A stretch of 64,000 nucleotides of DNA. It comes from Candidatus Zixiibacteriota bacterium. GTDB lineage: Bacteria; Zixibacteria; MSB-5A5; UBA10806; 4484-95. A program made the translations under genes and the position numbers. Positions 9,441 to 18,166 of this stretch are shown here, in pieces. Location: the NCBI GenBank assembly GCA_037441845.1, contig JBBIRK010000004.1, positions 223,074-287,073 of the forward strand, in the 5' to 3' direction. Each line of letters starts with the position of its first letter. The stretch's first letter is position 1. Under the pieces are notes generated by a model. The model saw only the letters and a program-made list of their open reading frames with translations. It made no database searches and was not told the DNA's origin.

Positions 9441-9489
9441 ATCTTAAGATAAGTAAACTCAGCCGATTTGGCAAGAGCCGATTTCTTAC

Positions 9490-9717
9490 TTAAACCTTTT
9501 TGTTATCCTTGGACTTGTCTTGCAGCCACTTGGCTGCGAACGCCCTCTTAAAACGCTCCATACGGCTTCGACTTATTCCAAACGAATCCGTTGTCGCGCA
9601 ATCAATGCCGTTGACGAAAGACTGACGCATCCGATCAAGATGCCTGCGCCTATATTGTCCCGCTCCGGGTTCACCGGCGTCTTTCCCTTCGGTCTTGATC
9701 GATTTTTCCGAACTCAT
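9490..9717 (-). CDS. small basic hypothetical protein (75 aa)
   Basis: ATG preceded by a GGGGG SD-like sequence, 13 nt after the M6 protease stop; no recognisable motif. Confidence 0.5.
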   Translation of the reverse strand: MSSEKSIKTEGKDAGEPGAGQYRRRHLDRMRQSFVNGIDCATTDSFGISRSRMERFKRAFAAKWLQDKSKDNKKV

Positions 9718-9730
9718 AACGCCCCCGATT

Positions 9731-11539
9731 TTATTGCACAAAAGCCATCTTCCGGCAAATTACCCGGTCAGCGCTTCGCAATCTGTAAAAATAAATCCCC
9801 GAACCAGCCGATTTGCCGTCGCCGTTCGACCCATTCCAGAAAAACAGATGTCTGCCGGGTCCGAGAGTGCCGTCGAAAATGTTCTTTACCAAGGAACCTC
9901 GGATATCGATCACGTCGATAGAGATTGGAGCTTCAACAGACATTTGGAGGTCGAACGCTGTAGATGAGTTGAAAGGATTCGGGTAATTCGTGCTCAAGCT
10001 GATTTCGTCCGGCAAGTTTCCGCCTTCATTTATATCCTGGGACGACGTTACCACGATGTCCACCGTCATGGTTGCCCCTGAATTGCTTATATTGTTCAGG
10101 GCCACATTTGTTGCCGATCCCGAATAGGAACCCGAGCCCGGGGCAGTGGATCCCCCGAAAGTACGATTATCGGTGGACCCGGGAAACGGATCCCCAAGAT
10201 CCCCTTGGTCGATACATTTCTCAAGCTCCCATAGATTATCAGCCGGGACTAAAGCCACTTTATAATGAGTGCTCCAACCGCAACCGGGCCACCATTCGTC
10301 GTCGTTATCTGAACTGCTCTCATCGATATGCCAAATGAGCATTCCCGCGCCGGGCAAATAATAATCATATCCGGTATTCTGGCGATTTTCGATAAGGAAA
10401 TACTCATTGCCGATGGTTCCTGAAGTCCAAAGTCTATAGATATCGGTGAAGGTCTCGGCCTGTCGCAGGGTCGCTCCGGTTACATTACTTGAGGGGGTAG
10501 TAGGTGCCACGAAACCGAGCTCGATTTTTGACCAGGCATCCAGATGCGCCGGGCTTGAACCGAGAGTGCCGTTCCAACTTCCGGCGGCCATCAAGCTCCA
10601 CATGCCAACGCCTTCCGACGAATAATCCGTGTCATAAAGATCGGGCAGGCCGAAAACGTGCCCGAGCTCATGGCAATAAACACCGCATGTCATGTCGCCG
10701 GGACTCAGCCAGTATTCGGGCTCCATCGAGTAGGTATAAACATAGACGCCATCGCGCAGGCGCGGCGTGATAGCCCACATATGCGACCAGATGTCGCCGG
10801 AGGATCCGGTCAACTCAGCGCCTCTGCCGGCATGAATCACGATCAACCCGTCCACATAACCGTCGGAATCGTTGTCATATAAAGAAAAGTTCACCTGAGC
10901 GTCAACCAGATCCACCGCATCTTCGACAAGTTTCTGGGCGTTTTGCGGATAACTGCCCAACCCGTTTTGACTATTGGCGTAGTAGGCCAGCGTCTGAGGC
11001 GCCCTTTTCCAGCCAAGCGTCGAGGGCAACGTTACGGTGGCTATCGTGAGCAAATTGTAAGAAACTTCCTTATAATAGTTCGTGACAGTGCCGGTTCTAT
11101 CGACATAAATCAAAGTGTCGAATTTCTCCGCGGCGACTTGGGCGATCTTGTCCGAAAAATCCACCAGTATGGCAAGCATATTGACTGTGCCGGAAATCGC
11201 GGGTTTCGCCATCCCCCCGATTTCGCTACGCATCCTGGGATTGCTCGAAGGCGAATTTACTCCGGCCTTCATCAGTTCAGCCTTGTGTTGAAGGTAATAG
11301 GGGGTAGGCGTTTGGCCGTTTCTAATTCTCTCGATCAGCTCGGGATGTGGCGGCATCGCTTGTGCGTCAGCTACCAGAATTATACCGATAGTGATCCCCA
11401 GCAGCACCGATACCAGAATCAGGGCCACCCGTGGGGCAGGGCGGGATGTGCCCCGCCCCGTTTTTTTCTTGGTTTTTCTCAGGGTGACTATCGCCTTGTT
11501 GGCATCGATTATTCTTTTTTGCTCATCTGTCCTAATCAT
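9731..11539 (-). CDS. M6 family (immune inhibitor A-like) metalloprotease with C-terminal FlgD-Ig/T9SS-A-like sorting domain
   Basis: Signal peptide ending AQA; AILVDFSD, YDNDSDGYVDGLIVIHAG, HELGHVFGLPDLYD, WSLM, EYFLIENRQ; tail NYPNPFNSST...WNG...SGIYFYRL. Confidence 0.92.
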   Translation of the reverse strand: MIRTDEQKRIIDANKAIVTLRKTKKKTGRGTSRPAPRVALILVSVLLGITIGIILVADAQAMPPHPELIERIRNGQTPTPYYLQHKAELMKAGVNSPSSNPRMRSEIGGMAKPAISGTVNMLAILVDFSDKIAQVAAEKFDTLIYVDRTGTVTNYYKEVSYNLLTIATVTLPSTLGWKRAPQTLAYYANSQNGLGSYPQNAQKLVEDAVDLVDAQVNFSLYDNDSDGYVDGLIVIHAGRGAELTGSSGDIWSHMWAITPRLRDGVYVYTYSMEPEYWLSPGDMTCGVYCHELGHVFGLPDLYDTDYSSEGVGMWSLMAAGSWNGTLGSSPAHLDAWSKIELGFVAPTTPSSNVTGATLRQAETFTDIYRLWTSGTIGNEYFLIENRQNTGYDYYLPGAGMLIWHIDESSSDNDDEWWPGCGWSTHYKVALVPADNLWELEKCIDQGDLGDPFPGSTDNRTFGGSTAPGSGSYSGSATNVALNNISNSGATMTVDIVVTSSQDINEGGNLPDEISLSTNYPNPFNSSTAFDLQMSVEAPISIDVIDIRGSLVKNIFDGTLGPGRHLFFWNGSNGDGKSAGSGIYFYRLRSADRVICRKMAFVQ

Positions 11540-11551
11540 TGTCGGCTCCTT

Positions 11552-12820
11552 CTAAAAGCGCAAACCGATTCCATAGGCGAAAGCCACTCCTTTGCTTGCT
11601 GCCGGAACAAATGACCCACAGCCAGCGATCGCCATATCCATATGCAGCGGACCAAAATGCAAGCCGAGTCCGCCGGAAAGAATCGTTCCCTTGTTGCCGC
11701 CGGTGGCTGCGCCGATCCTGAGCGGCAGAAACCCGATCGGTTTATATTCGAGCCCGCCGGCCACTCTCGGATTGGTGGAATGCGAGTATTTGGATGAGGT
11801 AGCCTGGGACCAGTCGAACGCAAGCGTCAATTTCTTGCCTATCTTGGCGATTCCCAGCTTAAAGTTTGCAGGTAGAGTGGTCGCGAATGGACTGATCGAG
11901 TAAGTTGTATCGCTGGTTTCCGTCAATGAGTCGTCATCTTCGCTGTCAAGAAGTGTCTCGAGGGTCACGGGATCCATATGGAATGTGAATCTCGTTTCTT
12001 CGGTTTCATTATTCCATTTGATTTTCGAATAAAGGTTTTCGAGGCCGGCGGAAATTGTCCAGTTCTTGGCGAAAACCATCGATGCCCCCAAATCGACCGC
12101 TTGACCCGAACCGCCCAGAGCCGACCGCACGACCGCCTGGGCGTCTCCCACAAAACCAGTGTCCGTGGTAAAAACGCCGCCGCTGGCCTCGATAATCTCC
12201 TCATGAGCGAATCCGTAAATATAATGGAATGTCGCACCCACGGCGAATTCGCCGCCTGCCCATTTGAGCAATGGCTGCCCATAGGAGATCGAGGCGTCAC
12301 AATAGGCGATGGCCTCGCCGCGGTTGTTATTCAATGTGACACCCGGTCTTATTTCGTTTCCGAACAGCAACAATTCGAACGGGTCCTTATGAAGCTGAAG
12401 CAACGATTCGCCGCGGCCGCGGAAATTGAACGCCAGACGCCATATCGAGAAATTCAATCCGGCGGCCTCCGCAACGCCGTTCAGCCTCAGGCCCTCGGCC
12501 GGGATTCGATCGAGAATGGCTTGCTTATCGCCATCGTTCCAATAACGGCCGTTGTATTCATTGTAGTCTTTCAAAGAGAAGCTGTTGTTTTTAATTTCCG
12601 CCCCGATGGTAACGAGATCGAGACTGAAATTCCTATTCAGCGAAAGGCCGAGGTTCGCAGGATTGTAAAATCCTGCTTCAAGGCCGTAGGCCAAGGCGGT
12701 ATAAGCGCCACCCATCGCCATCGAGCGCGGATTCGATTGCCCGCCGCCCCAAACAGTTCCGGCGAGAAGTACTGCCAGGGCCAGCCCGCTTAATATCTTT
12801 GTGGTCGTTGAGTATTTCAT
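11552..12820 (-). CDS. outer-membrane beta-barrel protein, FadL/PorV/DUF5723-like
   Basis: Signal peptide; hatch motif PRSMAMGGAYTA...YNPANLG; alternating amphipathic strands; C-terminal YGIGLRF. Confidence 0.8.
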   Translation of the reverse strand: MKYSTTTKILSGLALAVLLAGTVWGGGQSNPRSMAMGGAYTALAYGLEAGFYNPANLGLSLNRNFSLDLVTIGAEIKNNSFSLKDYNEYNGRYWNDGDKQAILDRIPAEGLRLNGVAEAAGLNFSIWRLAFNFRGRGESLLQLHKDPFELLLFGNEIRPGVTLNNNRGEAIAYCDASISYGQPLLKWAGGEFAVGATFHYIYGFAHEEIIEASGGVFTTDTGFVGDAQAVVRSALGGSGQAVDLGASMVFAKNWTISAGLENLYSKIKWNNETEETRFTFHMDPVTLETLLDSEDDDSLTETSDTTYSISPFATTLPANFKLGIAKIGKKLTLAFDWSQATSSKYSHSTNPRVAGGLEYKPIGFLPLRIGAATGGNKGTILSGGLGLHFGPLHMDMAIAGCGSFVPAASKGVAFAYGIGLRF

Positions 12821-12834
12821 TTTTCATGCTCCTG

Positions 12835-14865
12835 TTACTTATCATCGTCCCAGATATTATCACCGAAGTGGACTTGGACGGCCGCCCGAGCGTTTACCGA
12901 TATGAAATCCGATCCCCGGAAATAGCTTGATCCGCCGGCCGTTGGCAGCAACTGAACGCGCGGCGAGATATAGATCAACGGATTCTCGAAAATCCCGATT
13001 TCCGCCGCCGTCAACGAATCATCGAATATCGATTCTATCGCCACCGTGGCTTGACCCGCGGAATCGGTGGTTGCGCTTTCGAGCGTAAACGGCCCTATGA
13101 CCACGACATCGGAATTATCCATCAACGAACCATCGTTGAGCGCGCTGATATAGAGGCTGACCCGCGCCCCGATCGGCAGACGATTCGCGATTACCGCACG
13201 GACCGCGCCATAGCGAAAAGTCTCATCGAAATCCGGCGTGTCGTCCTGATTGATTTCCGTGGAATCGATATCGAGATCGATTTCAGTGGTATCGGCAAGG
13301 CTGAAAGCCAGGGGGGAAGATATGGTCACTTGGCCATAGAAGAAATCATCGCGCGAAATCGTAACCTCTTCCCGATGGGGATTGAATATGGAATTACCGC
13401 TGACGACGATCCGTGACGGCGCGGGATTCAAGAAATCGAGCAGCTCGGATGACCCGACGTTGAATATGGTGGCTTGCGGCGATGCCGCCGGATTCGCTTT
13501 TCCCTCCGCCGTGCCGCTTATGGCGATCTGCCGTGAAAATGACTCATCCGATATCTGCAGATTAAGATCGATATCGGCGGTGCTGTTGTTATAAACGGTC
13601 AGGCTGAGAGTGGCGTGAGTGAGCTGGGCGTCCTCTATATCACTGGGCACTTCGATATCGGTCTCGATGGAATCGACCGCGATCTCGGTCGGCTCGACGG
13701 TGCCGGTGATCGACCGGAAAATGATATCCGATATACCGGCTTCGATCGAGATCGAATCGGTGGCGTGGATTATCGCTTGTTGCGGGGTCGAGGCCGGTAC
13801 CGTTGCCTGCGCCAAAATCGATATGACCTGTGGAGTATCGATGCTGGAAGGAGTAAGCAGATATCCGTTCAGGTCCACCTGCCGCTGGAACGATGAATTG
13901 CCCTCGATACTTTCATCGATACGAAGAGTTTCGCCGAAAGCGTCGGTGAAATTAGGGAAAATCAGTTCGATTTCCATCGGCAGCTGCGAGCCGTTGGCGA
14001 TCTGCAAATTCAAAAAACCCGAGTCTATGGTGGCTTGCGAAATTACCGAGCCGCCGTCGAGCTCGATATCCTGGCTCAGGTCTTTCGATATCCGCGGAGT
14101 TTCTGCCTGGGCCGCCGATGCTCTTATAGATACCGGGAAGGAACTCGTGGTCGCGAAATTATCCGATCCCCCCGAAATCAAGGTCAGCTGATTTATCGCA
14201 CCGTGAATTGCCAGGGTAAGTTGGTTACTTACGCTGTCTCCGGCCAAATCTATCGTTCGAGTGAGCGATTCGCCTTGGTCTATTCCGTCTTCGAATTCGG
14301 CTGTTCCGAGCGGATTCCCCAGGTCGCCCCGATTGTACAACGTTATTATGAGCGTATCGAGCCGGACCCCCATGTCGTTGTTCACTTCTATCGATATCAT
14401 GCCTTGATCGACCCTGATCCATGTGAATTCGCTGAAATCCGTCAGGTCTTCGTTATGAGTAAAGGTCACGGGAGGTATCCAACCGCCTGCATCGATGATG
14501 CCGAGAGTTGCTTTGCTGAAATTCACCGTTTGGCCGGAAGGCGGGTCGATATCGACATTGCCCAGGGAATCCCGATACGATTGGCTTACGCCTTCGGCTG
14601 TCAGATTATCGCCGATCCTGATGGAATCCAGATCGCGGGTGACTTGAAACGACGGGTTTCCCAAGCTGTCGATCTGGATTAGACTGTCGTCGATTTCCTC
14701 TATTATGTCGCTCATCAGATATGTTTTGGAGACGAGCGGCATCGTCCAGGTCGTTTCCCAGCTCGGCGCCTCCGGCTTCTTGATAGAGCATCCGGAAGCC
14801 AGAAGTATCAAGCCGGCAGCAGCAACTATTGCCGGAATCATGAATTTTTTTTCCGATCGCATCAT
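12835..14865 (-). CDS. acidic beta-rich lipoprotein of unknown function with about four tandem repeat domains
   Basis: Lipobox LLASGC; strong SD AAGGAGG; four spaced (G/A)x-h-x-h-x-h-x-N motifs. Confidence 0.8.
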   Translation of the reverse strand: MMRSEKKFMIPAIVAAAGLILLASGCSIKKPEAPSWETTWTMPLVSKTYLMSDIIEEIDDSLIQIDSLGNPSFQVTRDLDSIRIGDNLTAEGVSQSYRDSLGNVDIDPPSGQTVNFSKATLGIIDAGGWIPPVTFTHNEDLTDFSEFTWIRVDQGMISIEVNNDMGVRLDTLIITLYNRGDLGNPLGTAEFEDGIDQGESLTRTIDLAGDSVSNQLTLAIHGAINQLTLISGGSDNFATTSSFPVSIRASAAQAETPRISKDLSQDIELDGGSVISQATIDSGFLNLQIANGSQLPMEIELIFPNFTDAFGETLRIDESIEGNSSFQRQVDLNGYLLTPSSIDTPQVISILAQATVPASTPQQAIIHATDSISIEAGISDIIFRSITGTVEPTEIAVDSIETDIEVPSDIEDAQLTHATLSLTVYNNSTADIDLNLQISDESFSRQIAISGTAEGKANPAASPQATIFNVGSSELLDFLNPAPSRIVVSGNSIFNPHREEVTISRDDFFYGQVTISSPLAFSLADTTEIDLDIDSTEINQDDTPDFDETFRYGAVRAVIANRLPIGARVSLYISALNDGSLMDNSDVVVIGPFTLESATTDSAGQATVAIESIFDDSLTAAEIGIFENPLIYISPRVQLLPTAGGSSYFRGSDFISVNARAAVQVHFGDNIWDDDK

Positions 14866-14921
14866 TCCCCTCCTTAAAAGGTTTCTGATTTAGTCGAGGT
14901 TTATTTCCGAGTTTGTCGAGG

Positions 14922-14937
14922 GCAACCGTCATGCCCG
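14922..14937 (-). promoter_or_regulatory. putative sigma54 (-24/-12) promoter
   Basis: Minus strand CGGGCATGACGGTTGC gives GG-N10-GC with GGCA...TTGC, about 56 nt upstream of the lipoprotein start. Confidence 0.65.
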
Positions 14938-15085
14938 AGTGCATGACCGGCCTGTTTCAGCCTGTAACATGCAACCGATTATGGGTGAATGAATTGAATT
15001 CCGAGGGTGGCGATCATTACATGGTTTGCCGATGGAAACGGGACATTATATGGGGGGCTTCCCATAATTTCTGGGATTGAGACTA

Positions 15086-15114
15086 TTGACTCGATAAGCA
15101 CTTGATAATAAATT
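15086..15114 (+). promoter_or_regulatory. sigma70-type promoter of the WYL gene
   Basis: TTGACT-N17-TAAATT, ending 5 nt before ATG 15120. Confidence 0.65.
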
Positions 15115-15119
15115 CAAGC

Positions 15120-16037
15120 ATGAAAAAATCGTCTCGCTTGCTCTATGAGTTATCCTTGATTCAATGTTCACCGGGGATAAAGGTTGACAAATTGGCGGAT
15201 AAGTGCGGTGTTTCCAAAAGGACGATTTATCGAGACTTGAATGACATTGCCGCAGCCAATTTCCCCATCTATTACGATCGCGGATATAGAATTCTTAACA
15301 CCGCCGTATTACCGCCGTTGAATCTTTCGCAGGAGGAGATCATCAATATTTGCGCGGTGCTGCAAAACGTTGCGGAGGACAGTGCATTCGGTCCGGTCAT
15401 AAGACGGGTGATTGACAAAATTCGAAGGATCTCTCCCAATTTGGCGCAATCTCAGGGAATCTTTTTCAAACAGGGTTCAACCGATCCTCCGTTCATATCG
15501 AGATATTTCGAGACTATCGAGCGGGCGCAGGCCGAAAACAAGATGATTTCAATCAAATACACTTCGCTCGAGGGCAAAGTGTCAAGGCGAGTGGTGCATC
15601 CCTATGGATTAGTATTCTTGAACCACGGATGGTATCTCATCGGGTTTTGCGAAAACCGCCAGGACGTCCGGACTTTCCGCTTGGCTCGGATCGGAAAGCT
15701 AAGGCTGCTCGACAGTAGATTCGAGAAGCCGGCGGAATTTGTTTTGGACGATTATCTATCGGAGAACTGGCAAGTATTCAGAGGACCTTTGCGCAAATTT
15801 AAAATCAAGTTCACTGGACCCGCAATGACCGCCATTATGACTACGCGCCACCATCGAAGCGAAAAAAAGAAAATGCGAAAAGGTTTCCTGATTTACGAGG
15901 CCGTCGCCCGCGGAGATGAGGATATTATCAATTGGGTGTTGTCTTTCGGCGATAATGCCGAATTGCAGGAGCCTCTCGAGCTGAGGGAAAAATTACTAAC
16001 ACGCCTTAAAGAAACGCTCAAGCTTTATCTCGATTGA
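15120..16037 (+). CDS. WYL-domain transcriptional regulator (HTH-WYL-WCX, YafY/PafBC-like)
   Basis: HTH LADKCGVSKRTIYRDL; WYL region RVVHPYGL...WYLIGFCENRQDVRTFRLARI; WCX WVLSFGDNAELQEPLELR. Confidence 0.93.
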   Translation: MKKSSRLLYELSLIQCSPGIKVDKLADKCGVSKRTIYRDLNDIAAANFPIYYDRGYRILNTAVLPPLNLSQEEIINICAVLQNVAEDSAFGPVIRRVIDKIRRISPNLAQSQGIFFKQGSTDPPFISRYFETIERAQAENKMISIKYTSLEGKVSRRVVHPYGLVFLNHGWYLIGFCENRQDVRTFRLARIGKLRLLDSRFEKPAEFVLDDYLSENWQVFRGPLRKFKIKFTGPAMTAIMTTRHHRSEKKKMRKGFLIYEAVARGDEDIINWVLSFGDNAELQEPLELREKLLTRLKETLKLYLD

Positions 16038-16191
16038 TTGCTAAGTTGTGATTCCCTTCGACGCCGACCACGCGGCCTAAAAGCCGCGGATTTCCTGATT
16101 TATTGCTTAACTTTTTAGTTCTATATTTCACTTCGAGTGGTTTCTGATGGGTGCGCGTAAATGGTGCAAATGCCGTCGTTCCAGCAATTCC

Positions 16192-16220
16192 TTGACATTT
16201 GTCTTGACTGAGGCTAATTT
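16192..16220 (+). promoter_or_regulatory. sigma70-type promoter for tRNA-Arg/proS
   Basis: TTGACA-N17-TAATTT. Confidence 0.65.
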
Positions 16221-16236
16221 TCGAAAAATGAAGTTC

Positions 16237-16309
16237 GCCCCCGTAGCTCAGTTGGATAGAGCAGCGGCCTCCGGAGCCGTGTGCGGCCGTTCAAGTCGGC
16301 CCGGGGGTA
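16237..16309 (+). tRNA. tRNA-Arg(CCG)
   Basis: GCCCCCG acceptor, TAGCTCAGTTGGATAGAGC D arm, GCGGC-CTCCGGA-GCCGT anticodon arm, GTTCAAGTC T loop; CCA not encoded. Confidence 0.95.
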
Positions 16310-16403
16310 TGATACCTATTTTGGAAACTTTGCCCAAAAAATATCCGCCCGATTCAGAAATTCCCATTCATTGACGATTTTATACTCAGGAGAACGAAGC
16401 CAA

Positions 16404-18119
16404 ATGCTATGGACCAAGACTTTTATTCCTACGCTAAGGGAAGATCCCGCCGAAGCCGAGATCGTTTCGCATAAACTGCTTTTACGAGCCGGATTTATCA
16501 GAAAATTGACCGCCGGCGTGTATAATTATCTGCCGTTGATGCAACGTTGTATCAGCCGATTCAGTGCAATCGTCCGGCGGGAGATGGACGCCTCGGGGGC
16601 GATCGAGATAACCATGCCCGTTCTCCAGCCATCGGAATTATGGCAAAAGACCGGGCGCTGGGACACCTACGGCAAAGAACAGATGCGCCTTAAGGATCGG
16701 CACATGCGCGATATGGTGCTGGGGGGGACCCATGAAGAAGTGGTTACTTGGATAGTGCGTGGAGAGCTTAGAAGCTATCGTCAACTCCCGCTGAATTTAT
16801 ATCAAATACAGGTCAAGTTTCGCGATGAAATCAGGCCGCGTTTCGGATTGATGCGCGGACGCGAGTTTATAATGAAAGACGCCTATACTTTCGACGCCGA
16901 TGAAGCCGGTCTTAAAGTGGCGTACAACAAGATGGTCGATGCCTATTTCAAAATTTTCCGACAATGCGGATTCGACATAAAAATGGTCGAATCGGATGCG
17001 GGCGCGATGGGCGGCTATAGGGCTCATGAGTTCATGGTGCCGGTTCAAACCGACGGCGGCGAATGCATAATTCTGTCATGCGATAGATGCGATTATGCCG
17101 CCAATATCGAGATGGCCAGTTCGATTCCCGCCGAACAGCCGGCCAGCCGGGAGAATAAGCTTACCAAGGAAATGGTATATACTCCCAATATGAGGACGAT
17201 CGAGGAGATCACCGGTTTTCTTAAACTGCCCGCCGAAAGGTTCATCAAAACGCTTATATACCTTGCGGACGACAAGCCGGTCGCCGCCTTGATCCGAGGG
17301 GACAGATCGATAAACGAAATTAAATTGAAAAATCACCTGCGCTGCTTGGAACTAGTGATGGCCGATCCGGCCACGATCCTCAGGCTGACCAGTGCACAGG
17401 TCGGTTTTTCCGGGCCTATCGGGCTTAGGGGTGTTCCAATCATCGCCGATCCGGAAATCCGGAAAATGGTGAATTTCGTGGTAGGCGCCAACCGCGACGA
17501 TACCCATATAATAAATGCCAACCTCGAGGACTTCGAGGTAGATCACTGGGTCGAGATAAGAAACGCGGAGGCTGGAGAAGGTTGCCCGAGGTGTGGAATC
17601 GGACATCTCATCGCCAGCAAAGGGATAGAGGTCGGCAACACGTTCATGCTGGGCACCAAGTATTCCGATTCGCTGGGAGCGCATTTTATCGATGAGAAAG
17701 GGGAGGAGCGGCCGCTGGTCATGGGTTCTTATGGAATCGGTATCACGCGCACCATTCAGGCCGCGATTGAGGCATCTCACGATGATAAGGGAATAATCTG
17801 GCCGAAGCCGCTGGCTCCTTATGATTTCCATATAGTGCCCTTGAATATAGGAGATGACCGGCAAAGATCGATTGCCTTCGACTTACTGACAAAAATCGAG
17901 CAGGCCGGTTACAGCGCATTGCTCGATGATCGCGATGAGAGGCCAGGTGTAAAATTCAACGATGCCGATTTGATAGGAATACCGGTCAGAATCGCAATCG
18001 GTGAAAAAAGCTTGAAAGCAGGCAAGATCGAAATAACCGAGCGCCGAGGACTAAGAACGGAAAGCATTCCAATCGACCGAGGCGCGGAAATCGCTTTGAA
18101 AACGCTGGCCGATATTTGA
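16404..18119 (+). CDS. proS: proline--tRNA ligase (bacterial type with editing insertion)
   Basis: PTLREDPAEAEIVSHKLLLRAGFI, KFRDEIRPRFGLMRGREFIMKDAY, GIEVG, MGSYGIG, DDRDERPGVKFNDADLIG. Confidence 0.97.
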   Translation: MLWTKTFIPTLREDPAEAEIVSHKLLLRAGFIRKLTAGVYNYLPLMQRCISRFSAIVRREMDASGAIEITMPVLQPSELWQKTGRWDTYGKEQMRLKDRHMRDMVLGGTHEEVVTWIVRGELRSYRQLPLNLYQIQVKFRDEIRPRFGLMRGREFIMKDAYTFDADEAGLKVAYNKMVDAYFKIFRQCGFDIKMVESDAGAMGGYRAHEFMVPVQTDGGECIILSCDRCDYAANIEMASSIPAEQPASRENKLTKEMVYTPNMRTIEEITGFLKLPAERFIKTLIYLADDKPVAALIRGDRSINEIKLKNHLRCLELVMADPATILRLTSAQVGFSGPIGLRGVPIIADPEIRKMVNFVVGANRDDTHIINANLEDFEVDHWVEIRNAEAGEGCPRCGIGHLIASKGIEVGNTFMLGTKYSDSLGAHFIDEKGEERPLVMGSYGIGITRTIQAAIEASHDDKGIIWPKPLAPYDFHIVPLNIGDDRQRSIAFDLLTKIEQAGYSALLDDRDERPGVKFNDADLIGIPVRIAIGEKSLKAGKIEITERRGLRTESIPIDRGAEIALKTLADI

Positions 18120-18166
18120 GGCGAGCGCCTCACCCCGGATTCCCAAGCACCCCTAAACTCGACCAA

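Noticed and set aside
16058..16092. c-di-GMP-I riboswitch-like GGCCTAAA hairpin
   Set aside because: The P1 GGCAAA/GNRA elements are missing; more likely a simple hairpin after the WYL gene.
16147..16403. 75-aa ORF and N-terminal extension of proS
   Set aside because: Both overlap tRNA-Arg; proS has an AGGAG SD-like sequence before ATG 16404.
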